Shown here: positions 1-11,368 of the stretch, piece after piece | Numbering within the stretch: position 1 is the stretch's first letter | How the letters are laid out: the number at the start of each line of letters is the position of its first letter | Assembly: GCA_963666215.2 (NCBI GenBank) | Contig: CAXWPL010000004.1 | Coordinates: forward strand, 448,001 to 512,000 | Length of the DNA stretch: 64,000 nt | Origin: Acidobacteriota bacterium | Lineage (GTDB): Bacteria; Acidobacteriota; UBA890; WLXD01 | Direction: 5' to 3' | The notes under the pieces: generated by a model | What the model was told of the DNA's origin: nothing | The model's database searches: none | Seen by the model: the letters and a program-made list of their open reading frames with translations, nothing else | Program-made: the position numbers and the translations under genes

Positions 1-1131
1 GTAGTAGTACATGAGTGCGAAGGTGGCGATGACCGCGATCGGAATCGAAACGCCAATGATCAGCGTGCTGCGTAGGTTGCGCAGGAACAGAAACAACACC
101 AGCACGGCAAGCACGGCCCCGAAGACGGCCGAGTTGCGCACGTTGGAGATCGATTCTTCGATGTACTTCGACTGGTCGAAGATCGGTGTGATCGTGAGCC
201 CGGCGAAGTCGCGGCGGATACGATCGAGCTCTTCCTTCACGGAGTTGGCGACGGTGACCGTGTTGGAGCCCGACTGCTTGCTGATCGACATGCGCAACGC
301 TGGCTGGTCGTCGACGCGGATCAACTGGCGGACTTCCTCGTAGCCATCGTTGATCTCCGCGATGTCGCGTAGATAAACGGGAACACCGTTGCGCGTCGAA
401 ACCACGATGCTCCGCATGGGTTCGATTTCGGTGAACTCACCCTGGCTGCGGAGCAGGATCTCGAAATCGCCCTCCGGAACCGGCCCGATGGGCTCGTTGC
501 GATTCTCGCGATTGAGCACCGCGACCACCTGGCTCACCGAGATGTCGTAGGCGAGCAGCTGCCCGAGGTTGAGCAGAACCTGGATCTGCCTGCGAAGCCC
601 ACCACGGATGTCGGCCGAAGCAACGCCGGGCACACGCTCGAGGCGGTACTGCAGCTGATCCTCGGCGAACTGGCGCAGCTCGCGCGCGTCCATGTCGCCA
701 CCGACCGCAATGTAGAGGATGGGGAACTGCGAGACGTCGAACTTGAACAGCGTCGGCGGATCGGCCTGTTCGGGGAGAACGCCGCGGATACGATCGAGGC
801 GCGAACGCACCTCCGCCGAGGCTTCGTCGAGGTTGGTGCCCCATTCGAAGCTGATCCGGACCGTGCTACTGCCCTCCGACGACGTGGAGTTGATGCGCTC
901 GACGTTCGGCACCGCCGCCATCGACTGCTCAACCGGCCGCGTAATCAGATTCTCGATTTCCTCGGGACCCACGCCGGCGTAGTCGGTGCGCACCGTGAGC
1001 GTGGGGAACTCGACGTCGGGCATCAAGTCGACCGGCAAGCGCGCGAAGGAGACGAGGCCCAGCAGCACGACGACCACACCCAGCATGAGCATCGTCACGG
1101 GGCGATGAATTGCGATTCGCGGAAGGTTCAT
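1..1131 (-). CDS. RND efflux transporter permease subunit (AcrB/AcrD/AcrF family), 5' part; runs off the left window edge
   Basis: Not in the ORF track because it has no stop in the window. Manual translation from ATG at 1131 gives MNLPRIAIHRPVTMLMLGVVVVLLGLVSFARLPVDLMPDVEFPTLTVRTDYAGVGPEEIENLITRPVE, a typical AcrB-family N-terminus. ATGA overlap with the adaptor gene stop. Confidence 0.93.
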   Translation of the reverse strand, partial: MNLPRIAIHRPVTMLMLGVVVVLLGLVSFARLPVDLMPDVEFPTLTVRTDYAGVGPEEIENLITRPVEQSMAAVPNVERINSTSSEGSSTVRISFEWGTNLDEASAEVRSRLDRIRGVLPEQADPPTLFKFDVSQFPILYIAVGGDMDARELRQFAEDQLQYRLERVPGVASADIRGGLRRQIQVLLNLGQLLAYDISVSQVVAVLNRENRNEPIGPVPEGDFEILLRSQGEFTEIEPMRSIVVSTRNGVPVYLRDIAEINDGYEEVRQLIRVDDQPALRMSISKQSGSNTVTVANSVKEELDRIRRDFAGLTITPIFDQSKYIEESISNVRNSAVFGAVLAVLVLFLFLRNLRSTLIIGVSIPIAVIATFALMYYY

Positions 1132-2300
1132 GCGGAAGTCTCCTCCTCGGAGCGCGATGCACCGGCACCACTCACGCGCACGCTGTCACCGTCGCGCAGC
1201 AGATTCGAGCCCATGGTGGCGACGGTCTCACCAGGCTGCAGCCCGGTGGCGATCTCGATCCAGTCCTCGCCGGTCAGTCCGACTCGTATCTCGCGGAACG
1301 TGGCGATGTCGTCGCTAATGACAAAGACGCCCTGCTGCTCGCCGCGCACCACGAGCGCTTGCCGCGGGATTCGCAGCACATTGCCCTGATCGCCGAGATC
1401 GAGATCGATGCGCGCGAACATCTCGGCACGAAGCCGCCGGTTGGTGTTGGGGACCACGATCTCGACGCGGGCCGTTCGAGTTTGAGGATCGAGCAGTGGA
1501 GCGATCCGCGCCACCGTACCGATAAACGTCTCGCCGGGCATCGCGTCGACCGTAACCCTGCCCTGGGTACCCATTTGCAGCTTCACCAGATCGCGTTCGG
1601 CGACGTTCGCGATCAACTCCACGGTGTCGAGCTTGATCAGCGTAACCACCGGCGTCGCGGCGTTGACGAGTGTTCCAACGTCGACAAACCGACGGCCAAC
1701 CACACCGCTCATCGGCGCGATGACGCGTGTTTGGTCGAGGCGAATCTGCAGCTCTCGCAACCCCGCCTCGGATTGCAGCAGCTGCGCCCGCGCCAGATTG
1801 AGCTGTGCCTCGCCCACCTCGAAGCGCGTCTGCGACTGCTCGCGGTCCTGATCGGAAATCAGCCCCTGCTCACGCAGGCCGTTGTTGCGATCGCGCATGA
1901 CCTGCAGGTTCTGCAGCTCGAGCTCACGTTGATTGATCACGGCGCGCGCAACTTCGAGCGCGGCTTCCGACTGCTGCTCTTGCTGCCGCAGCTCATCGTC
2001 CTCGAGCTTGGCCAGCATCTGGCCGTTCTGCACCGCATCGCCGAGGTCGACATGCATGGCCACCACGCGTCCGTTGATGCGCGGCGTCACTTCGACCACC
2101 TCCTGAGCGCGCAGCGAGCCCACGAGAGTGAGTGACTGGCTCACGGGTCCGAGCTCGGCGATGGCAGCGTTGACGGAACGCGACAAGCCCGCAGACGGAA
2201 ACCCAGCTGCCGCTTCCGCAGCGGGCCACTGCTGGTAAAGGCGTAGACCTATGAGGCCTACGAATCCCAGCAGGGCAACAAGAAAGAGCGTGCGCTTCAT
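1128..2300 (-). CDS. RND efflux periplasmic adaptor (membrane fusion protein)
   Basis: N-terminal TM, lipoyl half-motifs (VTPRINGRVVAMHVDLGDAV; IAPMSGVV), helical hairpin and LDPQTRT motif; coupled to the RND permease. Confidence 0.93.
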   Translation of the reverse strand: MKRTLFLVALLGFVGLIGLRLYQQWPAAEAAAGFPSAGLSRSVNAAIAELGPVSQSLTLVGSLRAQEVVEVTPRINGRVVAMHVDLGDAVQNGQMLAKLEDDELRQQEQQSEAALEVARAVINQRELELQNLQVMRDRNNGLREQGLISDQDREQSQTRFEVGEAQLNLARAQLLQSEAGLRELQIRLDQTRVIAPMSGVVGRRFVDVGTLVNAATPVVTLIKLDTVELIANVAERDLVKLQMGTQGRVTVDAMPGETFIGTVARIAPLLDPQTRTARVEIVVPNTNRRLRAEMFARIDLDLGDQGNVLRIPRQALVVRGEQQGVFVISDDIATFREIRVGLTGEDWIEIATGLQPGETVATMGSNLLRDGDSVRVSGAGASRSEEETSA

Positions 2301-2557
2301 GAGCTACGTTGGGCGCGCGGGGTGGGCGCAGTAAGGGACTCGCCCTCAGGGAACGCCATTTTCACACACCACCCACCCGGCAACGCACCGTCGGCGCGCT
2401 TTTTTGTGCGCTCGCCCTCTACTGCCACTTTTGCCTTCCTTGTTGTCGCTCGGGTGCTACGCGAGTTACGCTCCGCTACCGGCGCGCGTCCCCAAGCGCC
2501 GGCTCTCGGACGTCAATCGTCTGAGAGGAGACCACGGGCCCTGCCTGAGGTGAGCGC

Positions 2558-3703
2558 TTGAGTGATCTGGAGACACGGGACGGCGAAGCCAACACGGCGA
2601 TGTCGAACCCGATCCACAGCGCCGACCTCGCCCGCCTGTTCGACCTGTCACTCGACCTGCTCTGCGTGGCCGGCACCGACGGGTTCTTCAAGAGCGTGAA
2701 CCCGGCTTTCGAGCGGATTCTCGGACACTCTCCTGGCGAGCTGTTGAGCCGCTCCTTTGTCGAGTTCGTTCACCCGGACGACCGCGAGAGTACGCTGCGC
2801 GAGGTTGGACACCTCGCCGAGGGCAAGGTGGTTGTCGACTTCCGTAACCGCTACCTCGCCAAAGATGGCAGCTGGCGCTGGATCGCGTGGCGCGCCACAC
2901 CGGTGGCCGAAAGAGGATTGATCTACGCCGTCGGCCGCGACATCACCGAGCAGATCATCATCGACGAGGATCTGGCAGCCCAAGGGCGCGAGCTGGCGCG
3001 CTCCAACGCCGACCTCGCGGATTTCGCCGCGATCGCGTCACACGACCTGCGGGCACCACTGCGCGGCATGTCCAACCTGGCGCGCTGGATCGAAGAAGAC
3101 TCCGGCGAGTCGCTCACCGAAAAGGTCAGGGCGCATCTCGCCATGCTGCGCCGTCGTATCACCAAGATGGAACGATTGATCGACGATCTTCTGGCGTACG
3201 CGCGGGCGGGAAGCGGCACGAACCGCACCACCACCGAGAAAGCCGACCCGCTGGGAACCAGCAACTGCGAGGTCGTCGACACGAAGTTGCTTGTCGCTGA
3301 GGTGGTGGAATTGCTCGCGCCGCCGGCGGGAATGGAAATTGTCGTCGAGGATAACCTCCCAGCGCTGGAGACCCCGCGTGCTCCGCTGGAGCATGTCTTC
3401 CGCAACCTCATCGACAACGCCGTCGTGCATCACGACCGCGACACCGGTCGCATTGTCGTGGCGGCACGCGAGACTGGCGAAATGTGGGAGTTCGAGGTCG
3501 CCGACGACGGGCCCGGCATTACCGACGGGGAGCGTGAGCGAATCTTCGAACGCTTTCACACGAGTGGCGGCAAGCGCCGAACAGGTCTCGGCCTGGCGCT
3601 CGTCGCCAGGTTCGTTTCACAAGTCGGGGGGACGGTCGAGGTAAGCTCTGGGTCGGGACGTGGAGCGTGTTTCCGCTTCACATGGCCCACAACCACCCGC
3701 TGA
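2558..3703 (+). CDS. PAS-domain sensor histidine kinase (cytoplasmic)
   Basis: PAS (VNPAF...FVHPDD...DGSWRWI), H-box ASHDLRAPL, N-box NLIDNA, G-boxes DDGPGI and TGLGL. Confidence 0.93.
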   Translation: MSDLETRDGEANTAMSNPIHSADLARLFDLSLDLLCVAGTDGFFKSVNPAFERILGHSPGELLSRSFVEFVHPDDRESTLREVGHLAEGKVVVDFRNRYLAKDGSWRWIAWRATPVAERGLIYAVGRDITEQIIIDEDLAAQGRELARSNADLADFAAIASHDLRAPLRGMSNLARWIEEDSGESLTEKVRAHLAMLRRRITKMERLIDDLLAYARAGSGTNRTTTEKADPLGTSNCEVVDTKLLVAEVVELLAPPAGMEIVVEDNLPALETPRAPLEHVFRNLIDNAVVHHDRDTGRIVVAARETGEMWEFEVADDGPGITDGERERIFERFHTSGGKRRTGLGLALVARFVSQVGGTVEVSSGSGRGACFRFTWPTTTR

Positions 3704-3768
3704 CGGGTAAGCACCGTCCGCAAGGGCGGCGCCGACAGCGGTCCCTCCACGAACATTCCGGCCAGCGC

Positions 3769-4730
3769 GTGAGCGAATCGACACTGAGGATCCTGGTAGT
3801 CGACGACGACGAGGTCGACCTGGAAGCGGTTCGGCGTTGCCTGGAGGACTTCGACGACGTGGAGTTGACGTTCGCGTCGGACGGCGCCACGGCGATGGCG
3901 CATGTCGAGAACGCGGCGCCGGACCTTGTCTTGACCGACCTGCGCATGCCTCGTGTTGACGGCCTCGAGCTGGTCGAACAGTTGCACGAGGAGTACCCGC
4001 TCATCCCCGTTGTACTGATGACCGCTCGTGGCAGCGAGCAGATCGCCGTAGCAGCGCTCGAGGCCGGCGCGTCGAGCTACGTCCCGAAACATCTCCTCGC
4101 AGAGGAGCTCGAAGAAACCATCGAGCAGGTTCTCGAGGTAGCCGAGTCGCGCCAAGCGCAACGGGAGCTCATGCAATTTCTCGGAAGTAGGGAGACGCGG
4201 TTCGAGTTGGACGGTGATATTACGCTCATCATGCCGCTCGTGACCTATTTTCAGGAGAGTCTCGAACGCCTGGATTTCGGCGACGAGTCCACCCGCACCC
4301 AAATCGGAATGGCATTGAGCGAGGGAATCTCGAACGCCATCCTGCGCGGCAATCTGGAGGTAGGCTCGGAGCTGCGCGCCAACGATCGCGACGCGTACGA
4401 CGCGCTGATTCGCGAGCGCGCGGCGCAGGAGCCGTACTCACTGCGCCGCGTCACGGTGACCGCGACGGAGTCGACCGAGGTGGTCCGCTACGTCATACGT
4501 GACGAGGGGCCGGGGTTCGATCCAGCCGTGCTGCCCGACCCCACGTCGGCAAAAACCTCCTCGCCGTCAGCGGCCGCGGCGTCATGCTGATGCGCACGTT
4601 CATGGACTCGGTTGAGTACAACGAGGTCGGCAACCAGGTCACACTGACGAAGTCGAACCCGGAGGTTGCGAGGAACGAGGCCGACGACACCAACGCGGAC
4701 GGCGACGCCAGCGCCGACGACGCCTCCTAG
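3769..4730 (+). CDS. Response regulator with C-terminal HATPase (RsbW/anti-sigma-like) domain; frameshifted near 4551-4556
   Basis: REC motifs ILVVDDD, DLRMP, VLMT, VPK, then NAILRGN and DEGPGFD. After the A-run at about 4551 the protein continues in another frame ([33 protein letters not shown]) to TAG 4728-4730. Confidence 0.85.
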
Positions 4731-6406
4731 ATTTCGCCCTCGAGCCCGAGCTCGCCAACGGCGATCTCGCGCATGCGAAATTTCTGGATCTTGCCGGTGA
4801 CGGTCATCGGGAACTCATCGACGAACTTCCAGTAGCGCGGGATCTTGAACGTTGCGATCGTGCCGCGGCAGTACTCGGCGAGGCTATCGCCGTCGATCGT
4901 GTTCTCGATCTCGTGCTGGGCCCGCGCACGGAGCTTGACCCACGCCATCACCTCCTCGCCATAGCGCTCCGAGGGCACTCCAATGACCTGGGCGTCTTCG
5001 ACGTCGGGGTGGGTGTATAGAAACTCTTCGATCTCGCGCGGATAGATGTTCTCGCCGCCGCGAATGATCATGTCTTTGATGCGGCCGACGATGCTGATGT
5101 AGCCCTCCTCGTCGAGCGTCGCCAGATCGCCGGTGTGCATCCAACGCGCCGCGTCGATCGCCGCCGTCGTGGCCTCGTGATCTTTCCAGTAACCCAGCAT
5201 GACGTTGTAGCCGCGCGTGCACAGCTCGCCGCGCTCGCCGAGCGGCACCACCCGACCACTCTCGGGGTCGACGATCTTGATCTCTACGTGCGGGTGCACG
5301 CGGCCCACGGTGGCAACACGCTTCTCCACCGGATCGTCGACGGCCGTGTGGGTGGATGCGGGCGACGTCTCTGTCATTCCGTAGGCAATCGTCACTTCGC
5401 GCATGTTCATGCGCTCGAAGACCTCTTTCATCACCTCGATCGGACACGGCGATCCAGCCATGATCCCCGTGCGTAGCGACGACAGATCGGTGCTCTCGAA
5501 GCTGTCGTGCTTGAGCTGCGCGATGTACATGGTGGGCACGCCGTACAACGAGGTGCAGCGCTCGGCCTCGATCGTGGCAAGCGTTTCACCCGGCTCGAAC
5601 GCCTCACCCGGAACCACCACGCAGGCGCCGTGGCTGGTGCAAGCCAGGTTGCCGATCACCATGCCGAAGCAGTGGTAGAAGGGCACCGGTACACAAACGC
5701 GATCGGCCTCGGTGTACCGTAGGATCTCGCCGCAGAAGAAGCCGTTGTTGAGGATGTTGTGGTGCGACAGCGTCGCCCCCTTGGGCATCCCTGTAGTCCC
5801 CGAGGTGTACTGGATGTTGATCGGATCGTCGAAGGTGAGGCTAGCCTCGCGCGCGGCGAGGGCGTCGTTCTCCACGAGCTGATGTTGCTGGCCCAACTCG
5901 GAGTCGTGCGCCGCGGCGCTCGCCCCCTCGAGCGCTTCCCAGTCGTTCTCGAATACCAGCGCTTCCTCCAGCTCAGGGCACTCGCCGCGGACAGCGTCGA
6001 GGATGGCAACGTAGTCGGTAGCTCGAAAGCCTCGCGACATCAACAACAGCCGTACGCCCGACTGGTTGAGGACATGCTCCAGCTCGCGCGCCTTGTAGGC
6101 CGGGTTGACGTTGACCAGAATCGCGCCGATACGTGCCGTGGCGTACTGGATCACCACCCACTCGTAGCGGTTGGGCGACCAAACACCCACGCGATCACCC
6201 TTCTGGATGCCGCGCGCCAGTAGCGCCCCCGCCACACGAGTCGTCGCCTCCCAGAGCTGCTGGTAGCTGGCTCGGTAGCCTTGTGAGCGCACAACCAGGG
6301 CGTCGCGATCGCCGAACCGTTCCACAGTGCGGCGCAGGTTGTCGCCAATCGTCTCGCCGAGCAGCGGCATCTCGCTGCTGCCGTGGGTGTACGAGGTTCG
6401 CGTCAT
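4727..6406 (-). CDS. AMP-binding acyl-CoA synthetase
   Basis: [35 protein letters not shown] and TGKIQK motifs. Confidence 0.95.
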   Translation of the reverse strand: MTRTSYTHGSSEMPLLGETIGDNLRRTVERFGDRDALVVRSQGYRASYQQLWEATTRVAGALLARGIQKGDRVGVWSPNRYEWVVIQYATARIGAILVNVNPAYKARELEHVLNQSGVRLLLMSRGFRATDYVAILDAVRGECPELEEALVFENDWEALEGASAAAHDSELGQQHQLVENDALAAREASLTFDDPINIQYTSGTTGMPKGATLSHHNILNNGFFCGEILRYTEADRVCVPVPFYHCFGMVIGNLACTSHGACVVVPGEAFEPGETLATIEAERCTSLYGVPTMYIAQLKHDSFESTDLSSLRTGIMAGSPCPIEVMKEVFERMNMREVTIAYGMTETSPASTHTAVDDPVEKRVATVGRVHPHVEIKIVDPESGRVVPLGERGELCTRGYNVMLGYWKDHEATTAAIDAARWMHTGDLATLDEEGYISIVGRIKDMIIRGGENIYPREIEEFLYTHPDVEDAQVIGVPSERYGEEVMAWVKLRARAQHEIENTIDGDSLAEYCRGTIATFKIPRYWKFVDEFPMTVTGKIQKFRMREIAVGELGLEGEI

Positions 6407-6504
6407 TCAGCGGCTCCTGGGATCGTGGCGCCGACAGTGTAGCGGTCGGCGGCGACGGAACGACGAAACCCGAGGCGAGCGACTCGCGTACTAGCTGACA
6501 TGTA

Positions 6505-6526
6505 TTCCTCACTTTTGAAGAAAAAA
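6505..6526. promoter_or_regulatory. Putative PadR operator/promoter (AT-rich imperfect palindrome TTCCTCACTTTTGAAGAA)
   Basis: AT-rich imperfect inverted repeat about 25-45 bp upstream of the PadR start; function inferred. Confidence 0.45.
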
Positions 6527-6549
6527 CAGCCGCGATCGGACCGCATCTG

Positions 6550-6891
6550 ATGGGAAAAGGCCGATTTCTAGGAGAATTCGAGCAGGTGGTGCTTCTCGCA
6601 CTTGCCCGTCTCGGCGATCGCGCATACGGCATGGCGATCCGCCAGGAGATCGAGCGCAGGACCGCGCGAGAGCCGGCGATTGGCGCCGTTTATTCCGCCC
6701 TCGATCGTATGGAGCGCAAGGGCTACGTCGTGCCTCGAGCCGGCGAGCCCACGGCGGAGCGCGGCGGCAAGGCCAAGCGCTTCTACCGGCTCAGCACCGC
6801 CGGAGTCGAGGCTCTCGAGCGCTCGCGCCGGATGTTGAATCGGCTCTGGGAAGACGTGGAGCTCGATCCTGAGAGCCGCGGCGCGCGATGA
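6550..6891 (+). CDS. PadR family transcriptional regulator
   Basis: LGEFEQVVLLAL, YGMAIRQEI, GAVYSALDRMERKG, RFYRLS; ATGA overlap with the permease. Confidence 0.93.
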   Translation: MGKGRFLGEFEQVVLLALARLGDRAYGMAIRQEIERRTAREPAIGAVYSALDRMERKGYVVPRAGEPTAERGGKAKRFYRLSTAGVEALERSRRMLNRLWEDVELDPESRGAR

Positions 6892-9755
6892 TCTTCCGCC
6901 AGAGGCCAACGGCACCGCCGCCGCTGCCACCGACGAAGTCGAACCCGTGTGACAGCGAGTCGAATCCGCCAGCCTTGAGCCGCTTCTTGCTGGCGATCTG
7001 CGCACCGGCCTCGCTGCGCGCTTCGTTGGTTGCCGACCTCGACGAAGAATTCCTCGCCCGCACCCAGGCTGCCGCGGGCTCGCGCAGGAAGACCGCCCGA
7101 CGCTGGTACCGCCGTCAGGTGCGCCGATCGCTGGCGCCCGCTCTGGCGTGCCGGCTACGGCAGCTCCGCGGCGAAACGGCTGACGGCGATCTTTCCGAGT
7201 CACTCGACTCGGGCCATTCACGCAACTCTCGAAAAATGAACCTATCGCCGAATTTGCGGCGCCAGAGGAACACGATGGACGACTTGATCCAAGACCTGCG
7301 CTACGGCATCCGCACTCTCAGCAGAAGCAAAGGCTACGCCGGCGCCGCAATCCTCACGCTGGCGCTCGGGATTGGCGCGAATGCCGCGATCTTCAGCGTG
7401 TTCAACGCGCTGATGTTCCGGCCCCTGCCCGTGCGCGACGCGCACGAGCTCGTGGTCGTCGCCTCGGTGGATCAGCACGCGCCCGACGGCTTCCCGCACG
7501 GACTGTCGTATCTCGACAGTCTCGACTACGCGGCCTTCGACGAGGTGCTGCAAGACCTCGCGACCTACACACCTTTCATCGTCAGCCTGAGTGTTGATGA
7601 TGTCGCCGAACGTTCTTTCGTCGAGCTCGTCTCGGCCAACTACTTCGAGATGCTGGGCGTCAAGCCTCACCTCGGGCGCCTGATCGGCCGCGACGAGGGC
7701 CCCAGTGGGGGCGCCGGCGGCGGGCACGCCGTGATCGTGCTCACCGAGTCGTATTGGCAACGCCGCTTCGCCGCCGACCCTGACGTTGTTGGCCGCGCGG
7801 TACGCATCAACGGCAACCCCTACACGGTGATTGGCGTTGTTGGCGAGTCGTTCCCGGGCACCGAGTTCATCATGGAAATGGACGCCTACGTGCCGCTTCT
7901 GCAGGTCGCCGAGCTGTCGCAGTCGAACGGGACCATGCTGGAGAATCGCGAGGGCCACTCGCTGAGGGCGATGGGGCGACTCCAACCCGGCGTCGACGTC
8001 GACACAGCGCGGACCGCGCTTCAGGTCCGAGCCGCGCAGCTCGCCGAAGCCTACCCCGACACCAACAAAGGCGTGAGCCTGTACGTCGTCCCGGAGACCA
8101 AAGCGCGCCCGGAGCCCGGCACATCCGACTTCATGCCGTACATCGCGATGGTGTTCATGGGACTGGTCGGCCTGATCTTGGCGATTGCGTGTGCCAACGT
8201 CGCCAACATGATGCTGGCGCGCGCGACCACACGGCAGCGCGAGATTGCGGTGCGCGCGGCGCTCGGCGCCAGCCGCTTCCGCATTCTGCGGCAGCTGCTA
8301 ACGGAAAGCGTGGCGCTGTCGGCTGCCAGCGCGGCGGTAGCTCTGGCCCTGGCCTATTGGGCCACGACCGCACTCGGCTCTGTGAGCTTCTCGGGTGACT
8401 TTCCCGTGCGCATCGACGTGAGCCTCGATCTCCGCGTGTTCGGTTTCGCGCTTGCGCTGAGCCTGCTGACCGGCGTGCTCGCCGGCTTGTTCCCAGGACT
8501 GCGCGCGTCACGCGCCAACCTGCACGACAACCTCAAAGAAGGCGGACGATCGAGCGCGGTGGATCCCGCCCAGCACTGGATGCGTAGCGCGCTGGTCGTT
8601 TCGCAGGTGGCGATCTCGCTGGTTGTGTTGATTGCCGCCGGCCTCTTTCTGCGTAGCGTCCGCAACGTGCAGAACATCGATCTGGGGTTCCGCTCCGACA
8701 ACCTGCTCCTGATGTCGATGGACGCGACGCTTGGCGGCTACGACGAGGAGTTCGCCCGCCCAATGTTCGAAGAGCTCATCGAGAGCACGCGCCAGATGCC
8801 CGGCGTCGAAACGGCGGCGCACGCCACCTTCGTTCCGTTCGGCCTCATCTCCACAACGAGACCCGTGTTCGTGCCGGAACGCGAGTTGAAGGAGGGCGAG
8901 CCCGAGTCGGTGGGTGTGATGACCGACTGGGTGGGGCTCGACTTCTTCAACACCATCGGCATTCCGATCCGCCAGGGTCGGCCGTTCGCCCGCGAAGACT
9001 CCGCCGGCGTAGCGCCCGTTGCAGTGGTCAACCAGGCGTTCGTCGATGAGTTCTGGCCGGGGCGGACGGCGCTGGGCAGGCAGATCAGCCTCAACGGCGC
9101 GGCCGGCCCCTTCGTCGAGGTCGTGGGCGTGGCCGGCAACAGCTACCAGCGGCTCGTCGGCGAGGAGTTTCGGCCATTCTTGTACCTGCCGTGGTCGCAG
9201 ACATACCAGGGAGCTCGCGTGCTCCACATCTATGCGCAAGGCGACCCCACCGCGCTCGCAGCCGCCATCCGCGATCGAGCGCGTGCGTTGGCTCCAGGGA
9301 TGCCGGTCTACGACGTGCTCACAATGGCCGACCATCTGAGTGGCGGCAACGCGTTCATGGCACAGCGCCTGGCGGCCCTGGTGGCAACCATGTTCGGCGC
9401 GGTAGGACTGATCCTGGCGACGATCGGAATCTACGGTGTGGTGTCGTATTCCGTGAGCCAGCGGACCCGCGAGATCGGGGTGCGCATGGCGCTCGGAGCC
9501 GCGGCCGGCGACGTACAGCGGCTGATCGTGCTGCAGGCATCGAAGGTTACGCTCGCCGGGGTTGTGCTTGGCCTGCTGGCCTCCGTGGCAATTACGCGCC
9601 TGATGGGCCAGTTGTTGCTCGACGTCAGCCCTACCGATCCGGTCACTTTCCTGGCGGTCACGAGCGCGCTCACGACGATCGCATTTGCAGCCAGCTACAT
9701 CCCAGCGCGTCGGGCCACGCGGGTCGACCCGATAATTGCGATGCGCGACGAGTAG
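6888..9755 (+). CDS. ADOP-type duplicated FtsX/MacB-like permease with N-terminal prefix domain; no adjacent ATPase
   Basis: DLRYGIRTL, TLALGIGANAAIFS, IACANVANMMLAR, two REI(A/G)VR.ALGA motifs, ARRATRVDP. Confidence 0.93.
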   Translation: MIFRQRPTAPPPLPPTKSNPCDSESNPPALSRFLLAICAPASLRASLVADLDEEFLARTQAAAGSRRKTARRWYRRQVRRSLAPALACRLRQLRGETADGDLSESLDSGHSRNSRKMNLSPNLRRQRNTMDDLIQDLRYGIRTLSRSKGYAGAAILTLALGIGANAAIFSVFNALMFRPLPVRDAHELVVVASVDQHAPDGFPHGLSYLDSLDYAAFDEVLQDLATYTPFIVSLSVDDVAERSFVELVSANYFEMLGVKPHLGRLIGRDEGPSGGAGGGHAVIVLTESYWQRRFAADPDVVGRAVRINGNPYTVIGVVGESFPGTEFIMEMDAYVPLLQVAELSQSNGTMLENREGHSLRAMGRLQPGVDVDTARTALQVRAAQLAEAYPDTNKGVSLYVVPETKARPEPGTSDFMPYIAMVFMGLVGLILAIACANVANMMLARATTRQREIAVRAALGASRFRILRQLLTESVALSAASAAVALALAYWATTALGSVSFSGDFPVRIDVSLDLRVFGFALALSLLTGVLAGLFPGLRASRANLHDNLKEGGRSSAVDPAQHWMRSALVVSQVAISLVVLIAAGLFLRSVRNVQNIDLGFRSDNLLLMSMDATLGGYDEEFARPMFEELIESTRQMPGVETAAHATFVPFGLISTTRPVFVPERELKEGEPESVGVMTDWVGLDFFNTIGIPIRQGRPFAREDSAGVAPVAVVNQAFVDEFWPGRTALGRQISLNGAAGPFVEVVGVAGNSYQRLVGEEFRPFLYLPWSQTYQGARVLHIYAQGDPTALAAAIRDRARALAPGMPVYDVLTMADHLSGGNAFMAQRLAALVATMFGAVGLILATIGIYGVVSYSVSQRTREIGVRMALGAAAGDVQRLIVLQASKVTLAGVVLGLLASVAITRLMGQLLLDVSPTDPVTFLAVTSALTTIAFAASYIPARRATRVDPIIAMRDE

Positions 9756-9856
9756 GATCAACGGCTGCGCTCCGGTATCCTCTCGCTGGATGTCCCATGT
9801 GGGATGTCGACCGCACGCCAGACGCGGCGTGCACAGAGCGGGAGTAGCGGCACCGG

Positions 9857-11233
9857 ATGGAGGGCTCGGAAGTAGCAGCCAGTAGTTGGACGTACGTCCT
9901 TCGGCTGGGAGTCACGCTCCTCTTCGTCGCGCTCAACGGCTTCTTCGTTGCGGCTGAGTTCGCCCTCGTCAAGGTTCGGGTGTCGCGCATCGAGGGCCTC
10001 GCGGATACCGGGAATCGACGAGCCGGGGTGGCGCAATACCTCGTCGAGAACCTCGACTTCTATTTGTCGGCCTGCCAGCTCGGCATCACGCTGGCGAGCC
10101 TGATTCTCGGATGGCTCGCCGAGCCGGCTGTGGCGCAGATCCTGCTCCTGGGCGTCGCGGCGCTGGGCTGGGAGCACGTATTCAGTCCAGCCGTGACACA
10201 CGCGATTGCGCTCATGCTCGCGCTGACGGTCGTCACGATCCTCCACATGACGATCGGCGAGCAGGCGCCGAAGATCTGGGCGATCCGGCGCGCCGACAGC
10301 ACCGTGCTCAACATCGCCTATCCACTGCGCGTCTTTGCAGCCCTCCTGGCGCCGTTCATTTGGGTCATCAACGAGATCTCGATGTGGCTTCTCCGCCTGG
10401 CCGGCATGACGAGCGAGGAGCACGGCGAAGGGACTCACAACGTCGCCGAGATCTGCACGATCCTGGTCACCTCCGCCGAGGCCGGACACCTGTCGAACCG
10501 CCAGCTGCAGCTCGCCGAGAACGTGCTTCATCTGGTCGATCTCGAAGTCCGGCACATCTTCGTCCCGCGAGTGGATGTGGTGAGCCTGTCGCTGGCCCGG
10601 CCGCTGGAAGAGAACCTCGAAGTGGTGCGCGACACCAGCCACACACGTTTCCCGGTTTGTGAGACCGACCTCGACTCAGTCGTCGGTATCGTTCACGTGA
10701 AGGACGTCGCCACCGCCACGCTCTCCGGCCAAGACATCGATCTGCGGGTACTGGCGCGCAAGCCCGTCTTCGTGTCGGATACGCAGCCTCTCGCCGGGCT
10801 CATCGCCGAGATGCAGGTCAAGCGCGCACACAGCGCGGTGGTGCTCGACGAGCACGGCTCGGTGCTCGGACTGGTTTTTCTCGAGGACGCAATCGAGCAC
10901 GTCGTTGGCACAATCCGTGATGAGTTCGACGAAGTCGCACCGGCGCCGCACCAGGAAACGGACGGCTCGCTCCACGTCCCGGGCGGCTACCCGCGGCCGC
11001 AGGCGATCGAGCAACTGGGGCTTCCCGAGCTCGACGACGCGGCCGACACGATTGGTGGCTACGTGACATCGCGGCTGGGGCGTCTACCCACCGAAGGCGA
11101 CGAGCTGGACATCGGATCGTATCGGGTAACGGTAGCCAAGGTCGCACGACGACGAGTCGCCTGGCTCAGCTTCCGCAACGCCGAGGCGGTCGAGGCGGCC
11201 GAAGCCGGGGAAGCGACCCCGAGCGACGCGTAG
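9857..11233 (+). CDS. Hemolysin/CNNM family transporter (DUF21 + CBS pair + CorC)
   Basis: NGFFVAAEFALVKVR, CQLGITLASL, GEQAPK, HTRFPV, DEHG and DTIGG motifs. Confidence 0.93.
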   Translation: MEGSEVAASSWTYVLRLGVTLLFVALNGFFVAAEFALVKVRVSRIEGLADTGNRRAGVAQYLVENLDFYLSACQLGITLASLILGWLAEPAVAQILLLGVAALGWEHVFSPAVTHAIALMLALTVVTILHMTIGEQAPKIWAIRRADSTVLNIAYPLRVFAALLAPFIWVINEISMWLLRLAGMTSEEHGEGTHNVAEICTILVTSAEAGHLSNRQLQLAENVLHLVDLEVRHIFVPRVDVVSLSLARPLEENLEVVRDTSHTRFPVCETDLDSVVGIVHVKDVATATLSGQDIDLRVLARKPVFVSDTQPLAGLIAEMQVKRAHSAVVLDEHGSVLGLVFLEDAIEHVVGTIRDEFDEVAPAPHQETDGSLHVPGGYPRPQAIEQLGLPELDDAADTIGGYVTSRLGRLPTEGDELDIGSYRVTVAKVARRRVAWLSFRNAEAVEAAEAGEATPSDA

Positions 11234-11368
11234 TCGGCCGGGCTCCGAGGACTCTTGATGGGCCTCTATCGGTCGCATAGATTTGCCGACGCCCTTTCCC
11301 GTCCCACTTCAAACGGCGTGTGGTGTTTTGAGCGCGCCGACAACTCGATCAAGCGAGGATTTCTCCAT

